Shown piece by piece: positions 40,440 through 50,114 of a stretch of 64,000 bases of DNA. The notes under the pieces are model-generated. The model saw nothing but the letters and a program-made list of their open reading frames with translations, made no database searches and was not told the origin of the DNA. This DNA comes from Methanomicrobiales archaeon (GTDB taxonomy: Archaea > Halobacteriota > Methanomicrobia > Methanomicrobiales > Methanospirillaceae). The DNA lies in contig JBAXJR010000004.1 in assembly GCA_037137755.1 (NCBI GenBank), positions 28,727 to 92,726 on the forward strand, in the 5' to 3' direction. Made by a program: the position numbers and the translations under genes. The first letter of the stretch is position 1; each line of letters opens with the position of its first letter.

Positions 40440-41321
40440 ATGAAATGGAAAAGAGACTGGGGTCTGACGAGCAGGGTCATATTAACGATGTTCCTGCTGT
40501 TCGTAGTATACCTCGTTTTCATTGCCGTACTTCTGGCGCTGGGTATTTCAATGTCGTTTATGATCCTTATCGTAGTGGTCATGGCATTTATCCAGTACTT
40601 CTTCTCAGATAGACTGGTGCTCTGGTCGACCGGTTCAAGGGTCATCCAGGATGATGAGTACCCGGAACTGCACCAGATGGTAGAAAAACTCTGCAGGGAG
40701 GCAGACCTGCCTGTACCGAGGATAGCGATTATGCAGAGTCCCGTCCCCAATGCATTCGCGACCGGAAGGAGCCCGAAACATGCCGTCGTCGCATGCACGG
40801 ATTCCATCATGCGCTTACTGTCAAAAGATGAACTCGAGGCGGTGGTCGCACACGAATTATCACACGTAAAAAACCGTGATGTCCTTACCATGACGATTGC
40901 CAGTTTTATAGCCATGCTCGCTGCAATAATTATGCAGAATTTCCTTTTTGCATCGTTGTTCAGCAGGCGCGGCGATGGTGCCGGGGCATGGATTATCGCG
41001 GGAATTGTTGCGGCAATCGTCTGGTTCGTTGCGACACTCCTCATGATGGCACTCTCCAGGTACCGCGAGTTTGCTGCTGACCGGGGCAGCGCGTATATCA
41101 CGAATAACCCGCGGGCCCTGATCTCCGCCCTGAACAAAATCAGCGGAAGGATGGACAGTATCCCGCCGGAGGCAAAGGCAAAAATCGAGGGTTCAAATGC
41201 GTTCTTTATCATTCCGGCACTTTCCGGGAATAAATTCCTTGCCTTGTTCGCAACCCATCCCCCACTTGAAAAGCGTATTGCGAACCTTGAAAGAGTGGAA
41301 GAAGAGCTCAGATCAGGGTAG
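40440..41321 (+). CDS. htpX: Membrane zinc metalloprotease HtpX
   Basis: PNAFATG, HELSH, SRYREFAAD and THPP. Confidence 0.94.
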   Translation: MKWKRDWGLTSRVILTMFLLFVVYLVFIAVLLALGISMSFMILIVVVMAFIQYFFSDRLVLWSTGSRVIQDDEYPELHQMVEKLCREADLPVPRIAIMQSPVPNAFATGRSPKHAVVACTDSIMRLLSKDELEAVVAHELSHVKNRDVLTMTIASFIAMLAAIIMQNFLFASLFSRRGDGAGAWIIAGIVAAIVWFVATLLMMALSRYREFAADRGSAYITNNPRALISALNKISGRMDSIPPEAKAKIEGSNAFFIIPALSGNKFLALFATHPPLEKRIANLERVEEELRSG

Positions 41322-41510
41322 TTATAAAGAATATTTTTTTGGCAGGATAGTTATCACAACACCGGTGAACGGGAATTAAAGGGGATTTCTGTATAGTTCA
41401 GTGGCGTGGATATGCATCGCCTAAAACCTGGTCTTTTCCCCTGGATTTTTTCAGAACAGAACAAAAATAATAAAGGGGGTTACCTCAATAATAAGAAGGC
41501 ACATTGCTTC

Positions 41511-41581
41511 GCATCGATGGTCTAGAGGCATGACTTAGGCCTTCCAAGCCTATAGCCCGGGTTCGATTCCCGGTCGATGCA
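41511..41581 (+). tRNA. tRNA-Gly (TCC)
   Basis: Acceptor GCATCGA/TCGATGC; anticodon arm TAGGC-CTTCCAA-GCCTA; T arm CCGGG-TTCGATT-CCCGG. Confidence 0.95.
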
Positions 41582-41585
41582 TTCT

Positions 41586-41659
41586 GGGCTCGTGGTCTAG
41601 CTGGTTATGACGTCGCCTTCACACGGCGAAGATCTCGTGTTCGAATCACGACGAGCCCA
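41586..41659 (+). tRNA. tRNA-Val (CAC)
   Basis: Acceptor GGGCTCG/CGAGCCC; anticodon arm TCGCC-TTCACAC-GGCGA; T arm TCGTG-TTCGAAT-CACGA; 4 nt downstream of tRNA-Gly. Confidence 0.95.
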
Positions 41660-41753
41660 TCCTGTTTTAAGAATATAAGGACCTCCCGGGTATTTCCCGA
41701 AGTGTACCATACAAATGGCTAATATTCATAAGGACAAAAACAATTTACTACCT

Positions 41754-42593
41754 ATGTGTACCCGGCGCTTATCACGAGTGGCAATCCTGGTACTGGTTAT
41801 TGTGGTATTCCTTCAGCCCGTAAGTGCTGATACCACCTTTGAGATAGCGATATCGCTGGCACAGAAAGGAGACATCTCCTATAGCGAGGGCCTTTATGCA
41901 GAGGCACTTACGTCCTACACCGCGTCAGTCGGACAGGACCCCTATAACAGCGTGGTATGGAATAAACTCGGGATGACGCAGAGAAAGCTAGGACAGTACG
42001 CGGGTGCAGTGGACTCGTTTGATCAAGCCGTCAAGCTTGACCCTTATTTTGGACAGGCATGGGTGAATAAGGGGGACGCGCTGAAAAACCTTGGTAAAAC
42101 CGGGGACGCGATTGAGGCATACGACCGTGCCATCGCAATTAACCCAAACGACCTCCACGCCCTCGTCAACAAGGGAGTAGACCTGCAGGAGCTGGGAAAC
42201 CAGGAAGAGGCCCAGAAAGTCTTTAACGAAGTGATCAGGTTATCTGACAAAGAGATCCGTGTACATCCCAACGATGCCAAATTCGACGCCGAGCTCTATA
42301 ATTACAGGGCTTTGGCCTTCACAAAACAGGGCAGGTACCGGGAAGCGCTCCAGTCCTATGACCAGGCACTGTCAATAGACCCAAAGCATATTGAAGCGCT
42401 TAAGAATAAACAAGCCCTCCTATCAGCCCTTGATTCGATGGGAAATGTATCATTACCACAAACTTTACCGACTACGGGAGTTACTGGTGTACGGCCGACA
42501 AAAAAACCCGCACCCATGATACCATATATGCCAGTCGTTGGTTTCGTTGTCCTGGCACTCTGGTCAGTGTATGTGAAACGCCGGCAACCCTGA
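41754..42593 (+). CDS. Secreted/surface TPR protein with C-terminal membrane anchor
   Basis: Signal-like RVAILVLVIVVFLQPVSA, about 5 TPRs, T/P-rich linker, TM helix and KRR. Confidence 0.82.
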   Translation: MCTRRLSRVAILVLVIVVFLQPVSADTTFEIAISLAQKGDISYSEGLYAEALTSYTASVGQDPYNSVVWNKLGMTQRKLGQYAGAVDSFDQAVKLDPYFGQAWVNKGDALKNLGKTGDAIEAYDRAIAINPNDLHALVNKGVDLQELGNQEEAQKVFNEVIRLSDKEIRVHPNDAKFDAELYNYRALAFTKQGRYREALQSYDQALSIDPKHIEALKNKQALLSALDSMGNVSLPQTLPTTGVTGVRPTKKPAPMIPYMPVVGFVVLALWSVYVKRRQP

Positions 42594-42659
42594 AAAGGCA
42601 TCCTGTTATTGGTACAGGTCATTTTTTTTAGATCACCGGAAATATGTCTGAGGGAACTT

Positions 42660-43781
42660 TTGTTTTACCATATCATCCTTACCGACGACTGCAATCTCTG
42701 CTGCACTTACTGCCGCGGTAAATCGTTTGATGTATGCGGGGATTCGGTTATAGATGGGATCACCATTGATCCGGAACTCCCTACCGAATTTAGCGTAAGC
42801 CTTCCGGAACTCTATCATTTTTTATCGCTTGATCCCGAGGCGGTCCTCACGTTTTATGGAGGTGAACCCCTGATGAGGTCGGATCTTGTCCACGAGATCC
42901 TGCACAATGCCCCGGTAAACCGGTTCATGCTCCAGACCAACGGGACACTTCTCAATACCTTGGAACCCGCGGATCTCAGGAAGTTCGAGACCATCCTGGT
43001 CTCAATCGACGGGCCGGAATGGCTGACCGATTCCAACCGGGGTGCCGGCACGTACCGGACTGTGGTCGATAACCTGAATTTTATCAGGGAAATGGGTCAT
43101 CCTGGTGAATTAATTGCCCGGATGACGGTAAACGAGAGGACTGACATTTACGATGCAGTTACCTTCCTTTCGGAGAACGCGGATTTTTGTTTTTCGTCCG
43201 TACACTGGCAGATTGATGCGAATTTTGCAAACGACTTTCATTCGCGGCACTTTGAGGAGTGGGTTGAGTGCAGTTACAACCCAGGTATCACCAGGCTTGT
43301 CCGGTACTGGGTTGACTGCATGAAGGCAGAGCGGAAGGTACTGCGATGGTACCCCTTCCTTGACCCGACTGAGGACCTCCTGAATGGTCGCAAGTCCCGG
43401 CTGAGGTGCGGCGCGGGTTATGCCAATTACAGTATCATGACTGACGGGAGTATTGCAGCCTGCCCGGTAATGGTCGGGATGAAGGACTATTATCTCGGGC
43501 ATATCGATCATTCTGACCCCGGGCACCTGCCCGAACTATCTGTGCGTGGCAAATGTACTGAATGTGAGATCCTTGATTTTTGTGGAGGACGATGTCTCTA
43601 CTCCACAATCACCAGGCCGTGGACCGAAGAACAGAACCGTGTCCTCTGCAGGACGATAACGCACCTCCGTGAATGCCTCATGGGTGGTATCCCCGAAGTA
43701 TCAGGCCTGATCAGGGACGGGGTCGTTAACCGGGACTCGTTTCTTCACACCAAGTTCAACGGTTGCGAGATAATCCCGTAG
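42660..43781 (+). CDS. Radical SAM/SPASM protein (AF0577/TIGR04084-like)
   Basis: CNLCCTYC, FYGGEP, LQTNG and SIDG; SPASM CGAG..ACP..C..C....CGGRC; ends NGCEIIP. TTG start. Confidence 0.85.
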   Translation: MFYHIILTDDCNLCCTYCRGKSFDVCGDSVIDGITIDPELPTEFSVSLPELYHFLSLDPEAVLTFYGGEPLMRSDLVHEILHNAPVNRFMLQTNGTLLNTLEPADLRKFETILVSIDGPEWLTDSNRGAGTYRTVVDNLNFIREMGHPGELIARMTVNERTDIYDAVTFLSENADFCFSSVHWQIDANFANDFHSRHFEEWVECSYNPGITRLVRYWVDCMKAERKVLRWYPFLDPTEDLLNGRKSRLRCGAGYANYSIMTDGSIAACPVMVGMKDYYLGHIDHSDPGHLPELSVRGKCTECEILDFCGGRCLYSTITRPWTEEQNRVLCRTITHLRECLMGGIPEVSGLIRDGVVNRDSFLHTKFNGCEIIP

Positions 43782-43790
43782 TTGCGTTTA

Positions 43791-44816
43791 TCACCGGTAC
43801 CTTACTACCTGGGCACCCCACGTAAACCCGATCCCGCTGCTTGCCAGCACGACGAGATCTCCGGGTTTGATCAGCGCATCATCCCGTTGCAGGCCCAGTG
43901 CAAATATGGTGTCCCCGGGACCGATGCTGCCAAAATCCTTCATGGTTGACCTGGTCTTTGTAGCGTCAAGACCCAGTTCTGCAAGGATATCCATTACCCG
44001 GGTCTTTTTGATCTGGTTTGTCAGCAGCCATGAGATCTCCGGGGTCTGGTAACCGCTTTTAAGAACTGCTTTCCGGATAACACTGATAAAATTGCCTAGG
44101 AAAACATCAGGGCTGATATCCGCGAGGGCTTTCGCTGGATCAACAGAGATCCGGGATGCGTGTTTCTGGTTGCTACAAAGTTCTGCAACCCGGGTGCCAA
44201 CGCAGGGGATTTTTACATAATCCCCGCATGTACCGTCTGTGATGCCCTCGTAGGTGAGGAGTTCATTTGAAGGCTCATCCCGGGTAAGGACTGCAGCAGC
44301 TGCACCGTCGCCAATTGCAAAAAATGGGAGTGTATCCGTATTCCCGTAATTCATCACCGGGGAGAGTTTATCGCTGCAGACGATCAGGGCAGATTTTTTT
44401 GCGGAGTCTGACTTTAACAGGTTATTACAGATATTGATGGCGAGAATCCCCCCATTGCAGGCTCCTTTTATGTCAATAGTGAATGCATTGGGTGCTCTGA
44501 GAATATGCTGCAGCCTTGATGACGGGGACCAGAACTGGTAATCGTAACATCCGGCTCCACAATACGCAATAATATTAATATCTGCAGGGTTTATGCGGCC
44601 CTTTTCAATTGCTGATAATGCTGCCTTTTCGGCCATTAATACCGGGTGTTCATCGGGCCCGGCGATATGTTTTTGCTCGATCCCGAATTTTTCGGTAAGT
44701 ATTGTGAGTGGGATACCGGAGATCTCTGCAATTTCAGCACTCGTGATCACCTGTTTCGGTATATAATACCCGATCGAAGTAATCCCGACGCTGGTATGGC
44801 TCTCCGGAGGTCCCAT
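43791..44816 (-). CDS. 3-oxoacyl-ACP synthase III (FabH)-like thiolase-fold enzyme
   Basis: GYYIP, K.GI...H, ACNG (Cys120), GDGAAA and PGDLVVL.S.G.GFTWGA. Confidence 0.82.
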   Translation of the reverse strand: MGPPESHTSVGITSIGYYIPKQVITSAEIAEISGIPLTILTEKFGIEQKHIAGPDEHPVLMAEKAALSAIEKGRINPADINIIAYCGAGCYDYQFWSPSSRLQHILRAPNAFTIDIKGACNGGILAINICNNLLKSDSAKKSALIVCSDKLSPVMNYGNTDTLPFFAIGDGAAAAVLTRDEPSNELLTYEGITDGTCGDYVKIPCVGTRVAELCSNQKHASRISVDPAKALADISPDVFLGNFISVIRKAVLKSGYQTPEISWLLTNQIKKTRVMDILAELGLDATKTRSTMKDFGSIGPGDTIFALGLQRDDALIKPGDLVVLASSGIGFTWGAQVVRYR

Positions 44817-44984
44817 TCAGATCTTCCTATCTATGAGAACCCCTGAATCAGGTATTAAATGTTCCTTTTTATCGCGAAACCTGGGAATAACAGTTGGATT
44901 AATCGTGCAGTGACCAACTTTTTGTATCGTAAAATTCCTCTCTTTGTCTGGTACTCTTCACTTTCACCCCGCGCACGGCACCAG

Positions 44985-44992
44985 TTTATATG
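44985..44992 (+). promoter_or_regulatory. Putative archaeal TATA box (TTTATATG) upstream of an intergenic hairpin
   Basis: Matches TTTAWA; lies about 20 nt before the 45013-45069 hairpin. Confidence 0.4.
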
Positions 44993-45012
44993 GTGAATCA
45001 TCTGATGTTTGA

Positions 45013-45069
45013 TTGCAGAGGCGGGCTGTTACCGGGCTACTAACATCTGGTGATACATCTCCTCTGTAA
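45013..45069 (+). ncRNA. Candidate small structured RNA (long hairpin)
   Basis: TTGCAGAGG/CCTCTGTAA basal stem; TGTTACCGGG/TCTGGTGATA upper stem with several G.U pairs. Confidence 0.35.
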
Positions 45070-45357
45070 ACCCAAGAAAACCTTGATCGGAGAAATCCTG
45101 GTTACCCTATTTTGGGGTTTCTCCAAAAAACCCTTTAAAACATCCGATGATATCTTCAACCAGTTTACGTGGTCCTGATCCCTGGAATATTGAAAGGGCC
45201 GGTAACAGGAATGTTGATCCTGGAAGACAAATTAAGGAAATACGGGTCTTTACGCAGGGTGGTTAAGCAACCCGCTACCTGACTCAGGTCAACGGAGAAC
45301 GTGGCTGTAAGCGCACTACCTGAAATCATATATTCCACGGGCATGATTGTAGTACTA

Positions 45358-45942
45358 ATGCAGAAGAATACCCTCTTCCTGGTTATCGGGATAGTTATCA
45401 TTGCCCTGTTCGCGGTGCTTTTTGTGTTTTCTCATGGCGGCCTGCCCCAGAGGAATTCCACGACGATAAAAACGGCTGCTGCACCGTCTTCTGAATATAA
45501 TGGCAATGTAAAAGACTGGAAATCAGTCCCTCTCCGTGATGTATCCACCTCTACAACATTCAGCGCCCGGGATTTGGAAGGGAAACCCGTATTGTTGTTC
45601 TGCTTCACTACCTGGTGCTCGATCTGTACTGCACAGCAGAATGAGATCAAACGGTTGCAGGCTATGTCTCCCGGTTCCTTCACCGCCGTCGGTCTGGATA
45701 TTGACCCGTATGAAAATGAGGCCCTGGTACGCAAACACCAGTCTGATAACCGGTTTTACGGGTTGTATGCGGTTGCACCCCAGGAAATGACAAATCAACT
45801 GACAAGTGAATTCGGTGTGGACATTATCTCCCCTGCGAGTGCACCGATGTTACTGATCTGCAGCAATGGTACGGTAACAAAACTGGATCGAGGAATAAAA
45901 TCAGCCGAGGTGCTCCAGCAGGCGATACAGAAGCGGTGCTAG
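45358..45942 (+). CDS. Membrane-anchored thioredoxin/TlpA-like redoxin
   Basis: N-terminal TM segment, GKPVLL.CFTTWCSIC and DIDP.E. Confidence 0.82.
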   Translation: MQKNTLFLVIGIVIIALFAVLFVFSHGGLPQRNSTTIKTAAAPSSEYNGNVKDWKSVPLRDVSTSTTFSARDLEGKPVLLFCFTTWCSICTAQQNEIKRLQAMSPGSFTAVGLDIDPYENEALVRKHQSDNRFYGLYAVAPQEMTNQLTSEFGVDIISPASAPMLLICSNGTVTKLDRGIKSAEVLQQAIQKRC

Positions 45943-46652
45943 ACGTGGACCCGGTATCAGCCGCAGGAATATCGTTTCTTGCCGGACTGCTTGCCCCGCT
46001 TGGCGCCGTGTGTGTCCTTCCCCTCTACCCGGGATACCTTGCATGGCTGGCAAACCAGGCTGGCGAGGGAACAGACCGGACATTGCTCTTCCGGTTCTCT
46101 CTCGTTGTTACAGCGGGGATTATCCTTTCTTTTTTTGTTGTTGGTTTTATCGTTACCTCGCTGTTACGGTCTTCTTTGAGCGTGGCTATCGGGATTATTT
46201 CTATGGCGGCCTTTGTTATCCTTGCAGGAGCGAGTATCTGTCTGATTGCGGATGTTGATCTTTCGCGGGTTATTCCCTCGCCGAAAATGTTGCACCCCGT
46301 CGGGCCATACAGGAATGCGTTATTATTCGGCCTCTTTTTTGGCCTGATCATGTTGCCCTGCAACCCTGCCCCCATCATCCTTCTCTTTGCGTTAAGCGTG
46401 AATGCGGCAGATGTTTTGGAAAATTTAATAATTCTCATCGCCTTCTGTATTGGTATTGCCATTCCGGTCCTGCTGATATCCCTCATCCCGGCAGCAACGA
46501 ACTACCGCCTGGTGCGTTTCCTTACTACACACCGGAGAGGGATTAATGTTGTATGCGGGCTGTTTATGCTGGTCCTCGCATTATATTACCTTGTCCTGGT
46601 GTTTCATCTTCCAGAACTGCTGGCCTCGTCGGTGACAAATTTTTACCAGTAA
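45936..46652 (+). CDS. ccdA: CcdA/DsbD-like transmembrane electron transporter
   Basis: About 6 TM segments; F.AGLL....VCVLPLYPGYL and LPCNPA cysteines. Confidence 0.8.
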   Translation: MLDVDPVSAAGISFLAGLLAPLGAVCVLPLYPGYLAWLANQAGEGTDRTLLFRFSLVVTAGIILSFFVVGFIVTSLLRSSLSVAIGIISMAAFVILAGASICLIADVDLSRVIPSPKMLHPVGPYRNALLFGLFFGLIMLPCNPAPIILLFALSVNAADVLENLIILIAFCIGIAIPVLLISLIPAATNYRLVRFLTTHRRGINVVCGLFMLVLALYYLVLVFHLPELLASSVTNFYQ

Positions 46653-46700
46653 ATTTTGAATATGCTAATATATTTTTACGTCTTTTTTCATACGAGATGT

Positions 46701-47186
46701 ATGGCACTCCGGTCGATTAACCTTCCAGGTATTGGCACCAAGTATGAGCTCGTGACAGAAAAGGATGACACAATAGCCATTTTTTTCCTTAAAAATGGTA
46801 ATATCCAGATGTACACTCTTCCCCATGACGGTCATACCCCCTGTGTGGCTGAGCTCAGCACCGCAGAAGCAAGGAGGCTTGGTACCATTATGACCGGGGC
46901 CATCATGGAGGCTGACAAGGAGAGTGTGGAGATCGCGTTTTCCGCCCTATCTGACCTCCGGATCAGCATCCACACGTATGTTATCGGCAAGTCAATGGCC
47001 GGCAGGTGCATCGAAGACCACCAGATCCGTGCCAAAACAGGTGTAACAATTATTGCCGTTTCAAGGGGTGACACAAATATTGTCAATCCACCTCCACGTT
47101 TCATGTTCCAGGAAGGCGATGCGGTCGTTGCCATTGGAGAGACCGAGCAGCTGAAGACATTTGAACGTGAGTTCATGGTGGGTTAA
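46701..47186 (+). CDS. KhtT-like K+/H+ antiporter regulatory subunit (RCK_C)
   Basis: LPGIG.KY, EA..LG.I..G and IR.KTGVTIIAV.RG...NP. Confidence 0.85.
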   Translation: MALRSINLPGIGTKYELVTEKDDTIAIFFLKNGNIQMYTLPHDGHTPCVAELSTAEARRLGTIMTGAIMEADKESVEIAFSALSDLRISIHTYVIGKSMAGRCIEDHQIRAKTGVTIIAVSRGDTNIVNPPPRFMFQEGDAVVAIGETEQLKTFEREFMVG

Positions 47187-48337
47187 TGGAAGGACTGGTA
47201 ATCGCCCTCTTTGTCTGCCTTGTTCTTCTCGTCATTACGAAGTACCTCTCCTGGCCGGTGATCCCGTTCTATATTATTGCAGGGATTGTGCTCGGGACCT
47301 CGGGGCTGAATCTTGTCCAGGTTACCGAGTCCTCCACGTTTTTTGCCGAGCTCGGTCTGATCTTCCTCCTTTTCTTTATGGGGCTTGAGATCAAACCGGA
47401 CAGGATCCTGTCCAACCAGAAGACCTTCTTCTCGAGTGGCCTGATCGATCTGAATATCAATATGATAATCGGGTTCCTGGCAGCCTACATCATCGGGTTC
47501 ACGCTTACCGAGTCGCTTGTCATTGCGGCCGCATTTTTTATCAGCAGCACGGCCATGACCGTCGCATCCCTGGTAGAGAATAAGAAGCTGATGATGAGGG
47601 AAGCAGAAACTATCGTCTGGATGATGGTATTCGAGGATATTGTCCTGATTATCTTTCTCACGCTCCTTTCATCGTCGATAAATAACCCTCTTGGATTTAT
47701 CGCGAAGATAGCGATAATCCTGCTTGCGTTCTATCTCATATCTCACTTTGGAAAGAAATTGATCCAGAAGGCGATCAACCGTGACGATGAACTCCCGGTG
47801 TTTCTTACCTTTGCCGCCGTGGTCATCATTGCATTCGGGTCAAAGGCAATCGGGGTACCTGAGACCCTGATGGTAATCGCCTTTGGGACCGCCCTCGCTT
47901 CAACGGACCCAGCCGCGTTTGAGGCACAGGCCCGGCCTTTTAAGGACGTATTCCTGATAATATTTTTTGTATTCTTCGGGATCAGCGTGGACTTTTCTGG
48001 CGGGGTACCGGTCATGCTCATTCTAGCCCTCAGTATCCTCGCCATCATATCAAAACTCGTTTCAGGCCTGTTGATTGGTAAAGTCGTACACGGGAGTAAG
48101 AGGTCTGGTATTGAAATCTGGGCAAATACTATTGGAAGAGGGGAGTTCTCCATCGCACTTGCCGCATTGTACGGGTCTCCGGTAGTCTCCTCGGCGATTG
48201 CTGCGATGGTAATTATCACCTCAATTGTAGGCTCATTTTCGGCGAAATACAGTGGTCCCCTGCAGGACCTGTTCATGCGAGGCAGAAAAGGATCCCCAGA
48301 TCAGGTACCTGCAGGAAACAGTGAAAGAACCGGCTGA
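47186..48337 (+). CDS. CPA2 cation:proton antiporter (KhtU-like)
   Basis: ELGLIFLLFFMGLE, ISST, VFED and RGEFSI. Confidence 0.9.
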   Translation: MEGLVIALFVCLVLLVITKYLSWPVIPFYIIAGIVLGTSGLNLVQVTESSTFFAELGLIFLLFFMGLEIKPDRILSNQKTFFSSGLIDLNINMIIGFLAAYIIGFTLTESLVIAAAFFISSTAMTVASLVENKKLMMREAETIVWMMVFEDIVLIIFLTLLSSSINNPLGFIAKIAIILLAFYLISHFGKKLIQKAINRDDELPVFLTFAAVVIIAFGSKAIGVPETLMVIAFGTALASTDPAAFEAQARPFKDVFLIIFFVFFGISVDFSGGVPVMLILALSILAIISKLVSGLLIGKVVHGSKRSGIEIWANTIGRGEFSIALAALYGSPVVSSAIAAMVIITSIVGSFSAKYSGPLQDLFMRGRKGSPDQVPAGNSERTG

Positions 48338-48452
48338 AACGAAAAAATTGCATATATCCGGCTATACCTGCGTAAAGAACGTTGGATTAAGTCCCGGGTG
48401 TAAAAACGCCGGGGAAAAGAGAGTGTACCTCATTCGAGGCCAGGAAAAAAGA

Positions 48453-50114
48453 TCAGGGGTCCAAGGGTGCCAGCTCCGATCTCACGGTAAGAAATACCGG
48501 CCCCCGGACATCGATCTTTTTCTTGTTGTCGGTAATGGCCCGCATCGCATACCCGGCGACCCTGATATTGATGTCACTCGGGAGTTTTGCCATCTTCACC
48601 TGGACGGTTTCCTGTCTTCCGCACCGGGCCGCTGCTTCTATCCGTGCCGCTGCAAGAGACGCTGCAGCGTCAAGGTAACTGATCCCTGTTGGTGCCCCTT
48701 CCTTTCTGACCTGCTGCCATTTTTCATTGTCAGGGACCCCGAGGACAGACCCTTCGAACACGAAAATTTCATTAAAGCAGGCAGGTCCGCACAATTTAGA
48801 ATTGGACTCTGGTTCTTCGACAAAAACAGTCATCCTGTGACCAGATAGTTCTCCTTCCCATGCTTTAAATGAGCAGGGGCCCGGTTCCGTCGCATGTAAT
48901 GTGGCGGTCTTCCGGACTGCAGCAGCGATCACCTGCCCGGTACAAGACACCGGCTGCTCACGGTACTGGATTGCACGGGCAACCTGCCGGTCGGTAAGGG
49001 CCTCAGGGAAGAACTGGGGGTGGGTGAGCTGCCGCACGTCATTTGAATGATGGTGGATCATTGCGAGCCGTTCCACACCGAGGCCGAGGTTCATTACCGG
49101 GACCTCTATGCCGTATTCCGCAAGGGCTGACGGGGAGTACATGCCGAATGTCGCCACCTCAACCCAGTCGTGGACCGGGTGCCTGGCGTACACCTCAGTC
49201 TGTGTGTCAGGCATGTAGTATTTCGACCTCTTTTCATCAGGCCTGAACTGAAAATCCGTATAACCAAATGCAGACAGGAGTGCTTCACTGACTGCCTTTC
49301 CCTCTTCGTTTGTTACGTCCTCCCCTGCAACAATACAGGAAGCCGAATGGTAGCTCATCAGCCGGGTGGGTCCCTCTTCCTGTTCCCTCCGGAAACAGCG
49401 GTCCACGGAAAACTGCCTGATTGGGAGGGGTCTTTTATTCCATATCGCACCCAGTGTCATGAACCAGCCGCTTGTCATGTGGCTACGGAGGGTGCTCCGC
49501 GATGATTCCGGAGAGAGGGCCCGGAACTCCGGGAACACCGCATCAAGGATATGGACAACAAGCGCGTCATCCACCCCGAGTACCTTTGAGAGTTCATAGG
49601 TCAATTCGTCCCCGTCTATCTCAGATTTTTTATACGCGTGAAGGGTCTCCCGTAACCGTTCTTCTGTCTCCGTTGTCATCGGCTGGTATGGTTTATGGTT
49701 CCCCGTTGTCTCATAGGGGGCCTGTCCGGAGTGGGCGAGCGGTCCTGCGTGGCTTTTTAAAAGATCATTGATCTCGTCGAGCTGTTTTTTCGCAATCCCC
49801 ACGTTGGGCCGCGGGAGTCCCCCGAGGTAAAAAACCCTGTCAAGGACTGCTGACGCTTCGGGACCGAACTGCCGGTACACGTCCTGCTCCTCAATGATGA
49901 TCGGATTTGCAGCCTCGTCAAAACCAATTGAAAGGTAGGTCTCCCGAAGTTTGTTGATGGTCTCAAAAACCGGGTGTGCCTTTGCCCTCTTATATTCAAG
50001 TCTCGGGTACGTTGCGTTCGGGAGCGGTGGTGTCAGGATGAACGGGCCCTCGTGCCATGCATTCTCAAAATTTTCTTTTGACTTTTTTTTATAGGAATCA
50101 GCATCAAATCTCAT
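48453..50114 (-). CDS. sepS: O-phosphoseryl-tRNA(Cys) synthetase
   Basis: [46 protein letters not shown] and KIDVRGPVF. Confidence 0.96.
   Translation of the reverse strand: MRFDADSYKKKSKENFENAWHEGPFILTPPLPNATYPRLEYKRAKAHPVFETINKLRETYLSIGFDEAANPIIIEEQDVYRQFGPEASAVLDRVFYLGGLPRPNVGIAKKQLDEINDLLKSHAGPLAHSGQAPYETTGNHKPYQPMTTETEERLRETLHAYKKSEIDGDELTYELSKVLGVDDALVVHILDAVFPEFRALSPESSRSTLRSHMTSGWFMTLGAIWNKRPLPIRQFSVDRCFRREQEEGPTRLMSYHSASCIVAGEDVTNEEGKAVSEALLSAFGYTDFQFRPDEKRSKYYMPDTQTEVYARHPVHDWVEVATFGMYSPSALAEYGIEVPVMNLGLGVERLAMIHHHSNDVRQLTHPQFFPEALTDRQVARAIQYREQPVSCTGQVIAAAVRKTATLHATEPGPCSFKAWEGELSGHRMTVFVEEPESNSKLCGPACFNEIFVFEGSVLGVPDNEKWQQVRKEGAPTGISYLDAAASLAAARIEAAARCGRQETVQVKMAKLPSDINIRVAGYAMRAITDNKKKIDVRGPVFLTVRSELAPLDP

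Noticed and set aside
45005-45043. 12-aa ORF MFDCRGGLLPGY as a radical SAM precursor peptide
   Set aside because: Its ATG is too close to the TATA box to be in that transcript, it has no RBS, and the sequence is better explained by the hairpin.
41511-48400. Integrated element at tRNA-Gly/Val
   Set aside because: No integrase, and I found no duplicated tRNA 3' end (att site) downstream by eye.
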